Source of the DNA: a virus
Length of the DNA: 64,000 nucleotides
IMG/VR virus record: IMGVR_UViG_3300020390_000002
Coordinates: 1 to 64,000 of that record
Reading direction: 5' to 3' (one strand)
The notes under the pieces were generated by a model. That model was given only the letters and a program-made list of their open reading frames with translations. It did not search any database and was not told where the DNA came from. Shown here piece by piece: positions 8,974-18,676 of this stretch. The stretch's first letter is position 1. Each line of letters begins with the position of its first letter. The position numbers and the translations under genes are program-made.

Positions 8974-10696
8974 GACTGCACGTTTTATCACGAATGAGGC
9001 GCCACAGGCAACAGAAACCGTGAGCAGGATCATCCAAATAGCCCATAATGCGGTCAACGCGATGCTGGTTAAGCCAGACGAGGCCGTACAGCTAGAGGCT
9101 CAGCAGATGCTGAGCTATATGGTTGAGGGTGCAGAGCGTTCCGCGGCCTATCAGGCTGCCGAATGGGATGGTCGGTCGACGTTCTTCGACTTCCGCAACA
9201 ACGGTTTCCCCACTGGCTTCGTCGAGCTGGTCAAGCGTCGTCTGACCAAGCTCGGCTACGAGGTCAAGATCGTGCGCAAGCCCCTGCCGGCCGCGCTCGG
9301 CCCGACCCATCCGGTCGTTGACACGTTTGCGGTCGATCCCCGTTACGAGTATCAGCCGCGCACCGTGGATCTGCTGATCAAGCACGGCATGATGATCGCC
9401 CAGGTCGCCACCGGCGGCGGCAAGTCGCGCATCGCCAACCTGGCCACCGCGCGGATCAAGCGCCCCACCCTGTTCATCACCACCCGCTCGGTGCTCATGC
9501 ACCAGATGAAGGACGCCTTCGCGGCAGCCCTGAAGGTGCGGGCCGAGAACGGCGAGCCGGATCTGCGCAATGCCGAAGTTGGGGTCATGGGCGACAAGGA
9601 ATGGCGCCCGCGCGGCTATATCAACGTCGCGACCGTGCAGACCCTGGCCGCGCGGCTGCGCGAGCCCAATTTCGTGATCTCTTCGAAGAAGAAGGGCAAG
9701 GACGGCAAGCCGTTGAGCTCCGAAGAGCGCGAAGCCCTGGGCGTGGCGCAATACCGGCGCATGAAAAAGCGTCGCGAGGAGACCCTGCGGCTGCTGAGCC
9801 TGTTCCAGTTCGTGATCGCCGAGGAAGCCCATGAGGCCGGCGGCGACACCTTCTTCCAGATCATGCGCCACTGCACCCGCGCCCACTACCGGCTGGCGCT
9901 GACCGCGACGCCGTTCATGCGCGCGGACGCAGAATCGAACATGCGCCTGATGGCCTCCTGCGGGCCGATCGGCATCCGGATCACCGAGAAGCTGCTTATC
10001 GATCGCGGCATCCTCGCGACCCCGAGCTTTCGCACCATCGTGACCGGCTACGCGCCCGACAAGGACGCCCTCGCCCTCTACGAGAAACCCAAGCCCGGCA
10101 AGACGCGCATCTCGACGGTGCTGGGCAACACGTCCTCCTACCAGCGGGCCACCAAGCTCGGCATCGATTTCAACCTGGCGCGCAACCGCGCGATCGTCGG
10201 CGAGTGCGTGCGCGCGCGCCGCTACGGCCTGCCCGTGATCGTGCTCGTGAACCACACGGTCCACGGCAAGATCGTGCTGGCGATGCTGGAAGCGGCCGGC
10301 CTGAACGCGCAGTTCATCTGGGGCGACGACGACAGCGCTGCGCGCCGGGCTGCCCTGCTGGGCCTGGCCGGCGGCATGCTCGATGTCGTGATCGGCTCCA
10401 CGATCCTCGACGTGGGCGTCGATGTGCCCAGTGTCGGGATGATCATTCTGGCCGGCGGCGGCAAGGCTGAAGTGGCCCTGCGTCAGCGCATCGGCCGCGC
10501 GCTGCGCGAGAAGAAGGACGGCCGCCCCAATCGCGCCTTCATCGTCGACTTCGCCGACGACTTCAATATCCACCTGCGCCGGCACGCCATGACCCGACGC
10601 GCAATCGTCGCGGACACCCCCGGCTTCGTCGAGAACCAACTGCCTGTCGGGGCGGACTTCGACTTCACCGGCTTCGAATTACAGGAGATCGCATGA
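8972..10696 (+). CDS. SF2 DEAD/DEAH-like helicase
   Basis: ATGGGKS, variant motif II AEEAH, LTATP, DVGVDVP, QRIGRALR; true start may be GTG 9020. Confidence 0.92.
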   Translation: MTARFITNEAPQATETVSRIIQIAHNAVNAMLVKPDEAVQLEAQQMLSYMVEGAERSAAYQAAEWDGRSTFFDFRNNGFPTGFVELVKRRLTKLGYEVKIVRKPLPAALGPTHPVVDTFAVDPRYEYQPRTVDLLIKHGMMIAQVATGGGKSRIANLATARIKRPTLFITTRSVLMHQMKDAFAAALKVRAENGEPDLRNAEVGVMGDKEWRPRGYINVATVQTLAARLREPNFVISSKKKGKDGKPLSSEEREALGVAQYRRMKKRREETLRLLSLFQFVIAEEAHEAGGDTFFQIMRHCTRAHYRLALTATPFMRADAESNMRLMASCGPIGIRITEKLLIDRGILATPSFRTIVTGYAPDKDALALYEKPKPGKTRISTVLGNTSSYQRATKLGIDFNLARNRAIVGECVRARRYGLPVIVLVNHTVHGKIVLAMLEAAGLNAQFIWGDDDSAARRAALLGLAGGMLDVVIGSTILDVGVDVPSVGMIILAGGGKAEVALRQRIGRALREKKDGRPNRAFIVDFADDFNIHLRRHAMTRRAIVADTPGFVENQLPVGADFDFTGFELQEIA

Positions 10697-11232
10697 ACCT
10701 TGAGCCCATCGTGAAGACGTCGGCCGTCGCCGCGGCAAAGCGTCACAGCATCCCGTCCCCGCTGGTGCTGGCCATGATCGTGGTCGAGTCCGCCGGCAAC
10801 ACCTTCGCCACCCGCTTCGAGTCGCATTACCGCTACTGCTGGAACATGCGCTCGAATCAGCCGTTCACCGCCCGCGGCGTCGATGCCAGCGGCTCCACCG
10901 CGCCGTCCGGCTTCCCGGGCTTCGGCGGCATGTCCGCCAACACCGAGTGGGTCTTCCAGAAGACCAGCTGGGGCCTGCTGCAGCTCATGGGTGCCAACGC
11001 GCGCGCCTACGGCTTCCGCGAAGAGATGCCGCGGCTGTGCAAGATCGACCTGGGTCTGGAATACGGCTGTCTGCATCTGGCGCGCTGCCGCGACCGCTGG
11101 CTGAAGAGCAACGGCTGGGCCGGCGTGCTTGACGCCTACAACGACGGCAACGGCGCCATCGAATACAAGCGCGACTACCCACACAAGGTGGCGGAGGTGT
11201 CGATCGACGCCCGCGAGATTCTCGGCCTCTAG
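10693..11232 (+). CDS. SLT-family lytic transglycosylase / endolysin
   Basis: AMIVVESAGN catalytic Glu, SWGLLQLM, AYNDG. Confidence 0.85.
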   Translation: MNLEPIVKTSAVAAAKRHSIPSPLVLAMIVVESAGNTFATRFESHYRYCWNMRSNQPFTARGVDASGSTAPSGFPGFGGMSANTEWVFQKTSWGLLQLMGANARAYGFREEMPRLCKIDLGLEYGCLHLARCRDRWLKSNGWAGVLDAYNDGNGAIEYKRDYPHKVAEVSIDAREILGL

Positions 11233-11271
11233 TTCATCCACGCGCGCGAGCGCACAACCCAAGGAGACGAT

Positions 11272-11406
11272 ATGAAGAAAGCCCTGTCCGTCCTGGCCCT
11301 GATCGCAGTTCTGGCCCTGGCCGCCTGCAGCCAGCCGACCGAGGAAGACCTGAAGGACAACAACTTCGGCCAGATCCAGTCGGAAGAAACCGTCGTTATC
11401 TGCTGA
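11272..11406 (+). CDS. 44-aa lipoprotein (not in ORF track)
   Basis: AAGGAG RBS; MKKALSVLALIAVLALAAC lipobox. Confidence 0.75.
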   Translation: MKKALSVLALIAVLALAACSQPTEEDLKDNNFGQIQSEETVVIC

Positions 11407-12323
11407 TGAAAAAAGCACCCCTGGTCATTTACCACCACCCTTGCGCCGACGGCATGGCCGCGGCGTGGGCGGTTCGGCTTGCGCTGCCGAACGCCGAGTT
11501 CGTGCCCTCTCATTACGGCACGAACCCGCCCGACGTCACCGGACGTGACGTCATCCTCGTGGACTTCTCCTACAGCGCCGATGTGCTGCGCGAGATGAGC
11601 GCGACCGCGAACACCATCCTGGTGATCGACCACCACGAGTCGGCGGCGAATGACCTGGGGGCGCTTCGGCGCCCGCCCAAGGGCGCCTACCGCCCGGACA
11701 GCTGGAGCTGGAACGTGGTCGAACCGACCCACTGCCCGGTCTTCGCGATCTTCGACATGACGCACTCCGGCTGCGTGCTGGCGTTCCACTACTTCAACCC
11801 GCTGCTGATTCCGCCGCTGCTGCTTCTGCACCTCGAGGATCGAGACCTCTGGCGCTTTCACATGCACGGCACGGAAGAAATCCAGGCTGCGGTCTTCTCC
11901 CATCCCTTCGACATCGACGTCTACGACCGGCTGATGGCGATGGACGTCGAAAAGCTCTACCGCGACGGCAAGCCGATCCTGCGCAAGTATCACCGCGACA
12001 TCGACGAGATCCTGTCCGCCCAGGTTCGTCTGATGACGATCGCCGGGCACGAGGTGCCGGTGGTCAACTGCTCGAAGGTGTTCGGCTCGGACGCGGCCAA
12101 CGAACTGTGCAAGCGCAACCCCGATGCGCCGTTCACGGCCTACTACTATGACCGCGCGGACTGTCGCGAAATCTCGCTGCGCACCATTCGGGACGACGTG
12201 AACGTCGCCGAGATCGCCGAGACCTATGGCGGTGGCGGGCACCGCAAGGCAGCCGGATTCATCACGGCCCTGGACTGGAACGGCGACATCACCATCAAGG
12301 AGGTCACATGCGCGGCGTGCTGA
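11406..12323 (+). CDS. DHH/DHHA1 phosphoesterase
   Basis: YHHPCADG, LVDFS, IDHH, GGGHRKAAG. Confidence 0.9.
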   Translation: MKKAPLVIYHHPCADGMAAAWAVRLALPNAEFVPSHYGTNPPDVTGRDVILVDFSYSADVLREMSATANTILVIDHHESAANDLGALRRPPKGAYRPDSWSWNVVEPTHCPVFAIFDMTHSGCVLAFHYFNPLLIPPLLLLHLEDRDLWRFHMHGTEEIQAAVFSHPFDIDVYDRLMAMDVEKLYRDGKPILRKYHRDIDEILSAQVRLMTIAGHEVPVVNCSKVFGSDAANELCKRNPDAPFTAYYYDRADCREISLRTIRDDVNVAEIAETYGGGGHRKAAGFITALDWNGDITIKEVTCAAC

Positions 12324-12586
12324 TTCTGAATGCAATGATCCTGGTGGCGGTTCTGGTGGGCGTGGCGACCGGGCACCCGGAAGCGCTGCTCGGCGCGCTG
12401 ATGCTGATCCCGATGCCGCACCCCGACATCACCTACCTCACCGAAGAGGCAGGCGTCGATGACGATTACCAGGTGACCGACGCCACCGGCTTCATCGGCT
12501 TCATCGACACCAACGATTACGAGGACGACTGGGAGGAAGACGACATAACCCAGCCGAATGTTGCGCGAGACACTGCACTACTATAA
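12308..12586 (+). CDS. Small membrane protein with acidic tail
   Basis: Two hydrophobic segments followed by D/E-rich tail. Confidence 0.55.
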   Translation: MRGVLILNAMILVAVLVGVATGHPEALLGALMLIPMPHPDITYLTEEAGVDDDYQVTDATGFIGFIDTNDYEDDWEEDDITQPNVARDTALL

Positions 12587-12589
12587 AAT
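12553..12589 (+). promoter_or_regulatory. Sigma70-like promoter
   Basis: GCC-N5-TTGCGC-N17-TAAAAT. Confidence 0.7.
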
Positions 12590-12629
12590 TAGTTCAGTTT
12601 CGAAAGCACAACAACGCAAGGAGTTCACA

Positions 12630-12899
12630 ATGGAAAAGAAGCGTATCAGCGTCACCTTCACCGAGGAAAGCCATGCCCGGATGAAGGAGATCAAGAAGGC
12701 CGCCGGCCTGTCCAGCCAGGACGCCGCGATCTCGATGATCATCGAGCATATCCCGCTGGATCAGGTCCGCGAGATGGGCGACAAGCATCGCGCCGAAGTC
12801 GAAGCTGACAAGCAGCGTCGCACCGATGCCCGGGCGCGATTCAACCAGCTGCCCGTCGAAGAGATGGAACGGCTGATGGCCCAGGCCGAAAGCAATTAA
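12630..12899 (+). CDS. Ribbon-helix-helix-like protein
   Basis: AAGGAG RBS; KRISVTFTEESHARMKEIKKAAGLSSQDAAISMII. Confidence 0.65.
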   Translation: MEKKRISVTFTEESHARMKEIKKAAGLSSQDAAISMIIEHIPLDQVREMGDKHRAEVEADKQRRTDARARFNQLPVEEMERLMAQAESN

Positions 12900-12907
12900 C
12901 CCACGCA

Positions 12908-12928
12908 CTATCCGGCCCCGCCGGATAG
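12908..12928 (+). terminator. Hairpin after RHH gene
   Basis: CTATCCGGC/GCCGGATAG inverted repeat. Confidence 0.5.
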
Positions 12929-12964
12929 TTGCGCCCAGAAACTACAGTCAGGAGTGACTTATCT

Positions 12965-13408
12965 ATGAGCGACGACGAATTCGACCGTCAAGCCCCGACC
13001 GACCCGAGTCAGATCGTCGTCGGCTCGATCGTGCGCGCAGCCTTCACGGTGCGCGACGACCTGCGCAACACCGGCCCCGTGAAGGGCGAGCTCGGCGTCT
13101 GCCTCGCGGTCCTGCCGCGGCCCCACGGGCAGCAGACCCGCATCGTGCTGTTCCATTCCGGCCCCCTGATGACCTTCACGCTGGAGGGCGTCGAACGCCA
13201 TTTGTGGCCCGAGGGTCGCGTGGTCGAGGGCCTGACCAGCTACCAGCTCAACCTGGAAGACGAATATCAGAGCGTCATGAAGCAGTGGAGCCAGGGCTAT
13301 TTCAACGAAGCCTGGACATTCCGCGCGCCGCGGCTTGTGGCCTCGAATCCCGAAAAGCGTTCGACCGCGAGCGCCGACACCAAGACCACCCCCAACGGAG
13401 CCGCCTGA
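12965..13408 (+). CDS. Hypothetical protein
   Basis: ATG with AGGAG RBS. Confidence 0.65.
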   Translation: MSDDEFDRQAPTDPSQIVVGSIVRAAFTVRDDLRNTGPVKGELGVCLAVLPRPHGQQTRIVLFHSGPLMTFTLEGVERHLWPEGRVVEGLTSYQLNLEDEYQSVMKQWSQGYFNEAWTFRAPRLVASNPEKRSTASADTKTTPNGAA

Positions 13409-13677
13409 TGATTACCCTGATCTGCACGCGCGGCAATGTCGAGCGCATCGTGTCGACCACCGGCCCGGTCGACAAGGCCACCGCCACCGACGTCGTGACC
13501 TTCGTGGCCGATGGCCAGCATTACTGCGTGTCGTCCGCCGCCCGTGACGGCGCCGAAGGGCATTACGAGTCGATTCAGGTGTTTGGCGCGTCGGGCGCTC
13601 ACCTGCAGACCGTCTCCATCGCGCAGCGGCCGGCTGTCGAGCCCCCTCAAGAAGAAGAAGGCCAGGCCGATGGGTAA
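13408..13677 (+). CDS. Hypothetical protein
   Basis: TGATG coupling. Confidence 0.6.
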   Translation: MITLICTRGNVERIVSTTGPVDKATATDVVTFVADGQHYCVSSAARDGAEGHYESIQVFGASGAHLQTVSIAQRPAVEPPQEEEGQADG

Positions 13678-13828
13678 GCGCTACGACGTGGTGCTGGTCG
13701 ACTACCTTGAAGACGGCACGATCTACGACTACGCGACCTTCCCCGACTGCGGGCTGCTGCGTCGCTGCGTGCTGACTTTTGCGGCAATGACGCTCGGCTA
13801 CGAGGTCGAGTTCCATCCCACGAAATAA
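13670..13828 (+). CDS. Hypothetical protein
   Basis: MGKRYDVVLVDY; overlaps upstream stop. Confidence 0.55.
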   Translation: MGKRYDVVLVDYLEDGTIYDYATFPDCGLLRRCVLTFAAMTLGYEVEFHPTK

Positions 13829-14032
13829 TCCATCCCCAGCACTGGATTTATCTTCACATTGCGCGATAATAGCTCAGTATTGAGCGAATAAATCCGATCG
13901 CGCGTCCTTATAGACGTTCGTATTAGATTCCTTCAATCAGCAAGTTATGGACGCTCGGTAAGCTCAATTTTAATTGTGTTAAAGCTGAAACTGCACACTT
14001 TCCGATAAATCACTAATAATGCAGGAGAACTG

Positions 14033-14470
14033 ATGTATACCGAGCTACACCTCACCGCCATGTTATCCGCTGACACGCCCACGGACGTGATCGACACGAT
14101 CAAGCGCATGACTGGCCAGTCCAACGATCCGATCCGCAAGCCGGACCATGCCCTGTTCCAGATTCCGGGCTGGGATTCGATGCTTCAGTCGGATTCGGCC
14201 CTGTTTGCTGGCATTACCTACAGCCGTATCGAGCAGCGCAACGCCAGCGGACGCTACGCCCTGTCGGTGCATTGCAATTTCCGCACCGAAGAGAAGTTGC
14301 CCGCCTTCCTGGAATGGATCTGGCAATACATCGACAGCGCGCCGGGCCGCTTCATCGGCTATCACCGCCGCGAGGGCGAGGCGGACCCCACCCTGATCTA
14401 CGTCCCCAAACCCGAAATGCTCGAGCCCAGCGAGGCGCTCGTCGAAGTGGACATGGCGGGCTACGAATGA
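14033..14470 (+). CDS. Hypothetical phage protein
   Basis: AGGAG RBS; MYTELHL...FLEWI..YI. Confidence 0.7.
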   Translation: MYTELHLTAMLSADTPTDVIDTIKRMTGQSNDPIRKPDHALFQIPGWDSMLQSDSALFAGITYSRIEQRNASGRYALSVHCNFRTEEKLPAFLEWIWQYIDSAPGRFIGYHRREGEADPTLIYVPKPEMLEPSEALVEVDMAGYE

Positions 14471-15690
14471 GCACCCAGCACTACATCTACGACGGCAGCG
14501 CCCGTCACCCGATCAAGGGCTGGACCAACGGCGTCGTCGTCGAACACGAGGCGCAGCAGCAGCTGCGCAACATCGCCAACCTGCCCTTCATCCATAAGCA
14601 CGTCGCGGTCATGCCCGACGTCCACTTCGGCAAGGGCGCGACGGTCGGCTCGGTGATCCCGACCCGCAAGGCGATCGTGCCGGCGGCGGTGGGTGTCGAC
14701 ATCGGCTGCGGCATGTGCGCCGTGCGCACCTCGCTGTCGGCCGCCGACCTGCCCGAGTCCATGCGGGCCGTGCGTGCCGAGATCGAGCACGCCATTCCGC
14801 ACGGCGGCCCGGGCGTCAAGGGCTCCTGGAAGGAAGCCGGGCGCTACGGCACGCCCAACAGCGTGGCCCGGCTCTGGCGCGATCGTTTCGAGCAGCCCTA
14901 CAAGGCGCTGCTCGACAAGCACCGGCATGCGTCGTCGAAGGCGACCGCGGATCAGCTGGGCACGCTCGGCGGCGGCAACCACTTCATCGAGGTCTGTCTC
15001 GACGAGGACGACCGCGTCTGGGTGATGCTGCATTCCGGCTCGCGCGGCCTGGGCAATCGCATCGGCAGCTACTTCATCGACCAGGCCAAGGAGCTGATGG
15101 CGCAGATGCACATCGAGCTGCCCGATCGCGATCTGGCCTATCTGCCGGAGGGCGTCCCGCTGTTCGCGGACTACTGGAGCGCGCTGCAGCTCGCGCAGGA
15201 CTTCGCGCGTGCATCGCGTGACGTCATGCTCGATCGCACGCTGGAAGCGCTGCGCAAGCACTTGCCGCCCTTCGTGCTCACGGAGCAAGCAATAAATTGC
15301 CACCACAATTACGTCGCGCTGGAGAACCACTACGGCGAGAACGTCTATGTGACCCGCAAGGGCGCCGTGCGCGCTCGGGAGAACGACCTGGGGATCATCC
15401 CTGGTTCGATGGGCACCGGCAGCTTCATCGTGCGTGGCAAGGGCAACCCCGAGAGCTTCTGCAGCTGCTCGCACGGCGCCGGCCGCGCGATGAGTCGCGG
15501 TGCTGCCAAGCGCGCGATCTCGCTCGAGGACCACGCGAAGGCGATGACCGGCATCGAGGCCCGGCTGGATGCCGGCGTGCTCGACGAATCGCCCGCCGCC
15601 TACAAGGACATCAATGCGGTCATGGCCGCGCAATCAGACCTGATCGAAGTCGTCTATCGGCTGCGTCAGATCGTCAACGTGAAGGGGTAG
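14467..15690 (+). CDS. rtcB: RtcB RNA ligase
   Basis: MPDVHFGKG, GVDIGCG, GTLGGGNHF, HSGSRG, HHNY, PGSMG, SHGAGR. Confidence 0.97.
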   Translation: MSTQHYIYDGSARHPIKGWTNGVVVEHEAQQQLRNIANLPFIHKHVAVMPDVHFGKGATVGSVIPTRKAIVPAAVGVDIGCGMCAVRTSLSAADLPESMRAVRAEIEHAIPHGGPGVKGSWKEAGRYGTPNSVARLWRDRFEQPYKALLDKHRHASSKATADQLGTLGGGNHFIEVCLDEDDRVWVMLHSGSRGLGNRIGSYFIDQAKELMAQMHIELPDRDLAYLPEGVPLFADYWSALQLAQDFARASRDVMLDRTLEALRKHLPPFVLTEQAINCHHNYVALENHYGENVYVTRKGAVRARENDLGIIPGSMGTGSFIVRGKGNPESFCSCSHGAGRAMSRGAAKRAISLEDHAKAMTGIEARLDAGVLDESPAAYKDINAVMAAQSDLIEVVYRLRQIVNVKG

Positions 15691-15693
15691 CCA

Positions 15694-16017
15694 ATGGAAA
15701 AGATTCTCGATGAAATCCGCGCCGAGCGCGAAAAGCAGATCGCCAAGTTCGGCGGCGTCGAGCGCGACGCGCGCGACGCGCGCTACGTCAATGCCGAACT
15801 GGCGCGTGGCGCGGGCGCCTACATCATGGCCGGCGTCGGTCAGCAGCAGCTTTCGCCGCTCTCCCCGCGTGCGCTCAAGGCTCTGTGGCCCTTCCCGATC
15901 GAGACCCTGAAGCTCGAGGACGCGCGGCGGAACCTGATCAAGGGCATCGCTATGGCGGTGGCCCAGGTCGAGGCGTGGGACGCGGATCAGAACGCGACCT
16001 TCGACAGCGCCCAATGA
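15694..16017 (+). CDS. Hypothetical phage protein
   Basis: EIRAEREKQ...ELA...WPF...RRNLIKGIA. Confidence 0.7.
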   Translation: MEKILDEIRAEREKQIAKFGGVERDARDARYVNAELARGAGAYIMAGVGQQQLSPLSPRALKALWPFPIETLKLEDARRNLIKGIAMAVAQVEAWDADQNATFDSAQ

Positions 16018-16310
16018 GCGCCATTTACGCGCGGCTCAAGATCCGCCCCATCACGGTGCCCAACTACGTCACCCTGATCTCGGGCGACGAAGATCGCGGC
16101 GACAGCATGCGCGGCGACGAAAAGATCCCGGTGCGCGACCTGGACGTCCAGGCGATCGAAGCCCTGGCCGCCCAGTTTCGACGCGACCTGTTCGAGCGCG
16201 CGGGCAAGCAGCCCACGACGAGCCCGCTTGAGCAGGCAATCAAGCGCAATGTCGGCACTGTCTTGCGTGACGAAATGCGCTCACGCAGCAAAACGGGTGC
16301 CCGCTCATGA
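16014..16310 (+). CDS. Hypothetical protein
   Basis: ATGA coupling. Confidence 0.6.
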   Translation: MSAIYARLKIRPITVPNYVTLISGDEDRGDSMRGDEKIPVRDLDVQAIEALAAQFRRDLFERAGKQPTTSPLEQAIKRNVGTVLRDEMRSRSKTGARS

Positions 16311-16792
16311 GCGAAACCCAAGAATCCATCTGCCAGTGGGCACAGGACAGCTTCGGCACCGCCAAATCGCTGTTTCGCATCCTCACGCGGGCGAACGAGG
16401 AGATGACCGAGCTGCTGGTCGCGATCGAGCTGAACCCCGACAAGGCGCCCGAGGAGGCCGCGGACATCGCGATCATCCTGTGCCGCGCGGCAAAGCGCCT
16501 CGACCTGGAAGTCCGTTTTGGCGCCGGCAAGGGCTCGATCTACTTCGGGCTTACCCCGATTCGGTTGGCAGTGCTCGCCAACAGCGCCCTAAGTGACGCG
16601 ATCAAAAGCGTCGTCAACGATCGCCCGGAGACCGCACGGGTCGAGATCGACGTGTGTGTCGACTGGCTGATTGACCTTGAGCTGCACTACGGCACCACGC
16701 TCCAGGCCGAGATCGACAAGAAAATGGCCATCAACCGGGCACGCACCTGGGACCTCGACGGTTCCGGGCACGGCTATCACTGTGGAGCCTGA
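16307..16792 (+). CDS. MazG-like dATP/dGTP pyrophosphohydrolase (DUF550-like)
   Basis: WAQDSFG, EEMTEL, EEAADIAI, KMAINRARTW. Confidence 0.7.
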   Translation: MSETQESICQWAQDSFGTAKSLFRILTRANEEMTELLVAIELNPDKAPEEAADIAIILCRAAKRLDLEVRFGAGKGSIYFGLTPIRLAVLANSALSDAIKSVVNDRPETARVEIDVCVDWLIDLELHYGTTLQAEIDKKMAINRARTWDLDGSGHGYHCGA

Positions 16793-16793
16793 G

Positions 16794-16997
16794 ATGCGCG
16801 CCTACTTCAACGCCGCTCTGCTGCGTATCGAGAACCGCATCGACCTGCTGCGCATGCAGGCCAACCAGCTCTGCCTGCTGCGCAGCGAGCAGGCCCGCAT
16901 GAAGGCTTTGGTCCAGCGCGAGCTCGCCCTCGAACTCGAGCAGGACCTGGCCCATGTGCGCGCCCTGCTGGAGGACGGTCAACGTGTGCAGCGCTGA
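16794..16997 (+). CDS. Hypothetical coiled-coil protein
   Basis: GGAG RBS. Confidence 0.55.
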   Translation: MRAYFNAALLRIENRIDLLRMQANQLCLLRSEQARMKALVQRELALELEQDLAHVRALLEDGQRVQR

Positions 16998-17478
16998 GAC
17001 CGTCACCGTCGAGGAGCTCCGCGGCGCGGGCTTCGCCGACGGCAACCACTTCATCACCTGCGCCTGCGGAAGCGTGTTCACCGGCGACAAGCGCGCGCTG
17101 CGCTGTCGAACCTGCGCCGAAACCGAAGCCCTGCGCCTGCGCCCGATCCTCGCCCACCGCGAGCGCGTGCTGCACACCTACCCGGACTGGATGCCCGAAG
17201 ACCAGCGCCCCCAGCGCCGCGTCGTATGTGCCGCCTGTCGCAGCGACAAGGGGCGTCTGATCGTCGGCCCGCGTCACTTCGACCCGATCATGAAGGCCCA
17301 GATCGACACGATGAACTATGCCGGCGACGACGTCGGCCTGTTCGAAGAGCAGGGCTTCATCGATCAGTGGGGCCAGTTCCTCACCCGCGAGGACGCCTGG
17401 ATCGTGGCTAAGGCCGCGCACCAGATCATTCGCCACGTGGAGCGCCCCGGCACGCTCTACTCCGAGAATCTCTACTAG
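16984..17478 (+). CDS. Hypothetical protein (zinc ribbon plus EQGFIDQWGQFLTREDA domain)
   Basis: GTG with GGAGG RBS; ends LYSENLY. Confidence 0.65.
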   Translation: MCSAETVTVEELRGAGFADGNHFITCACGSVFTGDKRALRCRTCAETEALRLRPILAHRERVLHTYPDWMPEDQRPQRRVVCAACRSDKGRLIVGPRHFDPIMKAQIDTMNYAGDDVGLFEEQGFIDQWGQFLTREDAWIVAKAAHQIIRHVERPGTLYSENLY

Positions 17479-17492
17479 GGGGAGCCCATCGA

Positions 17493-18011
17493 ATGGCCAC
17501 AAGCAAAACACTCACAGCGCCCCAGGCCCATATCCTGAATTTCCTCGACGTGCATGCCGGCTTCTGGCGGCTGCGCGACATCATGAGCGACACCGGGCGC
17601 CACTTCACGTCCGGCGCCAGTGCAATCTGGCATCTGCGCACGCATCGCTGGGTCGTGCGCGAGCAAAAGCGCCGCGTCACCGACCCCAACCGCTATGCCA
17701 TCACCGACCGCGGACGCACGATCCTGGCCCAGGGCGTCGCCCGCTCGGCAGTCAACCCCGATCTCGAGGGCGGGCTGACGATCACCGACCTGATCACCCA
17801 GCTGCAGCGGGTGCGCGCCGAACAGGGCGATCTGCGCGTGGTCACGCCCGGTCACTCCGTCTCGCGCTTCAACGACGTCGAGGTGGCCCGTCCGCGCTGG
17901 ATCAGCGTGCGCGCCGCCGCCTCCGGCGTGGCCAAGCACCGCGAGACGCCTGCCCGCACTGCCGGCGCCCAGAAATGTCTCGTGCTCGACTTCAAGGGCA
18001 AACGCACATGA
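17493..18011 (+). CDS. Hypothetical protein with N-terminal wHTH-like region
   Basis: LTAPQAHIL...YAITDRGR. Confidence 0.55.
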   Translation: MATSKTLTAPQAHILNFLDVHAGFWRLRDIMSDTGRHFTSGASAIWHLRTHRWVVREQKRRVTDPNRYAITDRGRTILAQGVARSAVNPDLEGGLTITDLITQLQRVRAEQGDLRVVTPGHSVSRFNDVEVARPRWISVRAAASGVAKHRETPARTAGAQKCLVLDFKGKRT

Positions 18012-18199
18012 GCCGTCTCTTCCCGATGATCCTGTACGCGCTCGGCGCGCTGTCGCTGATCGGATTCGCTGCGATCGCGATCCTGGCCCATCATCGCGGC
18101 CTCGAGCTGCCCCTGAGCGTCGTGGTCGGCTGCTGGGGCCTGGCCTGGGTGCTGTCGACGGCTGGCGTCATCCTCGATTCGCGTCGGGGCTACCAATGA
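18008..18199 (+). CDS. Two-TM membrane protein
   Basis: Hydrophobic; ATGA coupled. Confidence 0.6.
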   Translation: MSRLFPMILYALGALSLIGFAAIAILAHHRGLELPLSVVVGCWGLAWVLSTAGVILDSRRGYQ

Positions 18200-18285
18200 A
18201 CGGCATTATCGTGTGGGCCATCCTTTCCCTGATCGTGGTCGCCGTCTTCTATCTCGGGCGCGATGGTCGCGGCAGCAACCGATGA
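18196..18285 (+). CDS. 29-aa single-TM protein
   Basis: MNGIIVWAILSLIVVAVFYLGRDGRGSNR; coupled on both sides. Confidence 0.55.
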   Translation: MNGIIVWAILSLIVVAVFYLGRDGRGSNR

Positions 18286-18488
18286 GCTTCGTCATACTGC
18301 TGGTTACGGCGCTGATCGTGCTCGGGATGTGGCTCGGGCGGCCCGATCGCGTCTGGACCGACGCCAACGGTGTCGAGCATCACCCCGACGGCAGCGCCCG
18401 GCTGCCCCGGGCCACCCTGCTCGCCAGCCCGAAGGTCCAGGCCGACCTCGCCAAGATCCGCGAGCTGCGCCGCCAGGGCAAAATCTGA
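18282..18488 (+). CDS. Single-TM protein
   Basis: MSFVILLVTALIVLGMW. Confidence 0.6.
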   Translation: MSFVILLVTALIVLGMWLGRPDRVWTDANGVEHHPDGSARLPRATLLASPKVQADLAKIRELRRQGKI

Positions 18489-18676
18489 TGCCCGAGATCC
18501 AGCAGCCGGTGCCGGCAGTGCGCGTGGACTTCACCTGCGACGACTGCGGGCGGGGCCACTACCGGCCCACCGGCATGCTGGGTCTGACCGTGCCGCCCCG
18601 GCACCAGCACAAGTGCGATTACTGCGGGCACGAGCAGTTCCTGCCCAAACGCTACCCCTTCCTCAAGCGCGCCTGA
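18488..18676 (+). CDS. Zinc-ribbon protein
   Basis: CDDC...CDYC. Confidence 0.65.
   Translation: MPEIQQPVPAVRVDFTCDDCGRGHYRPTGMLGLTVPPRHQHKCDYCGHEQFLPKRYPFLKRA

Noticed and set aside
9092-10639. Long antisense ORFs (also 49732-51339, 60448-61665, 58617-59792 and similar)
   Set aside because: Shadow frames of high-GC genes that have clear motifs on the other strand.
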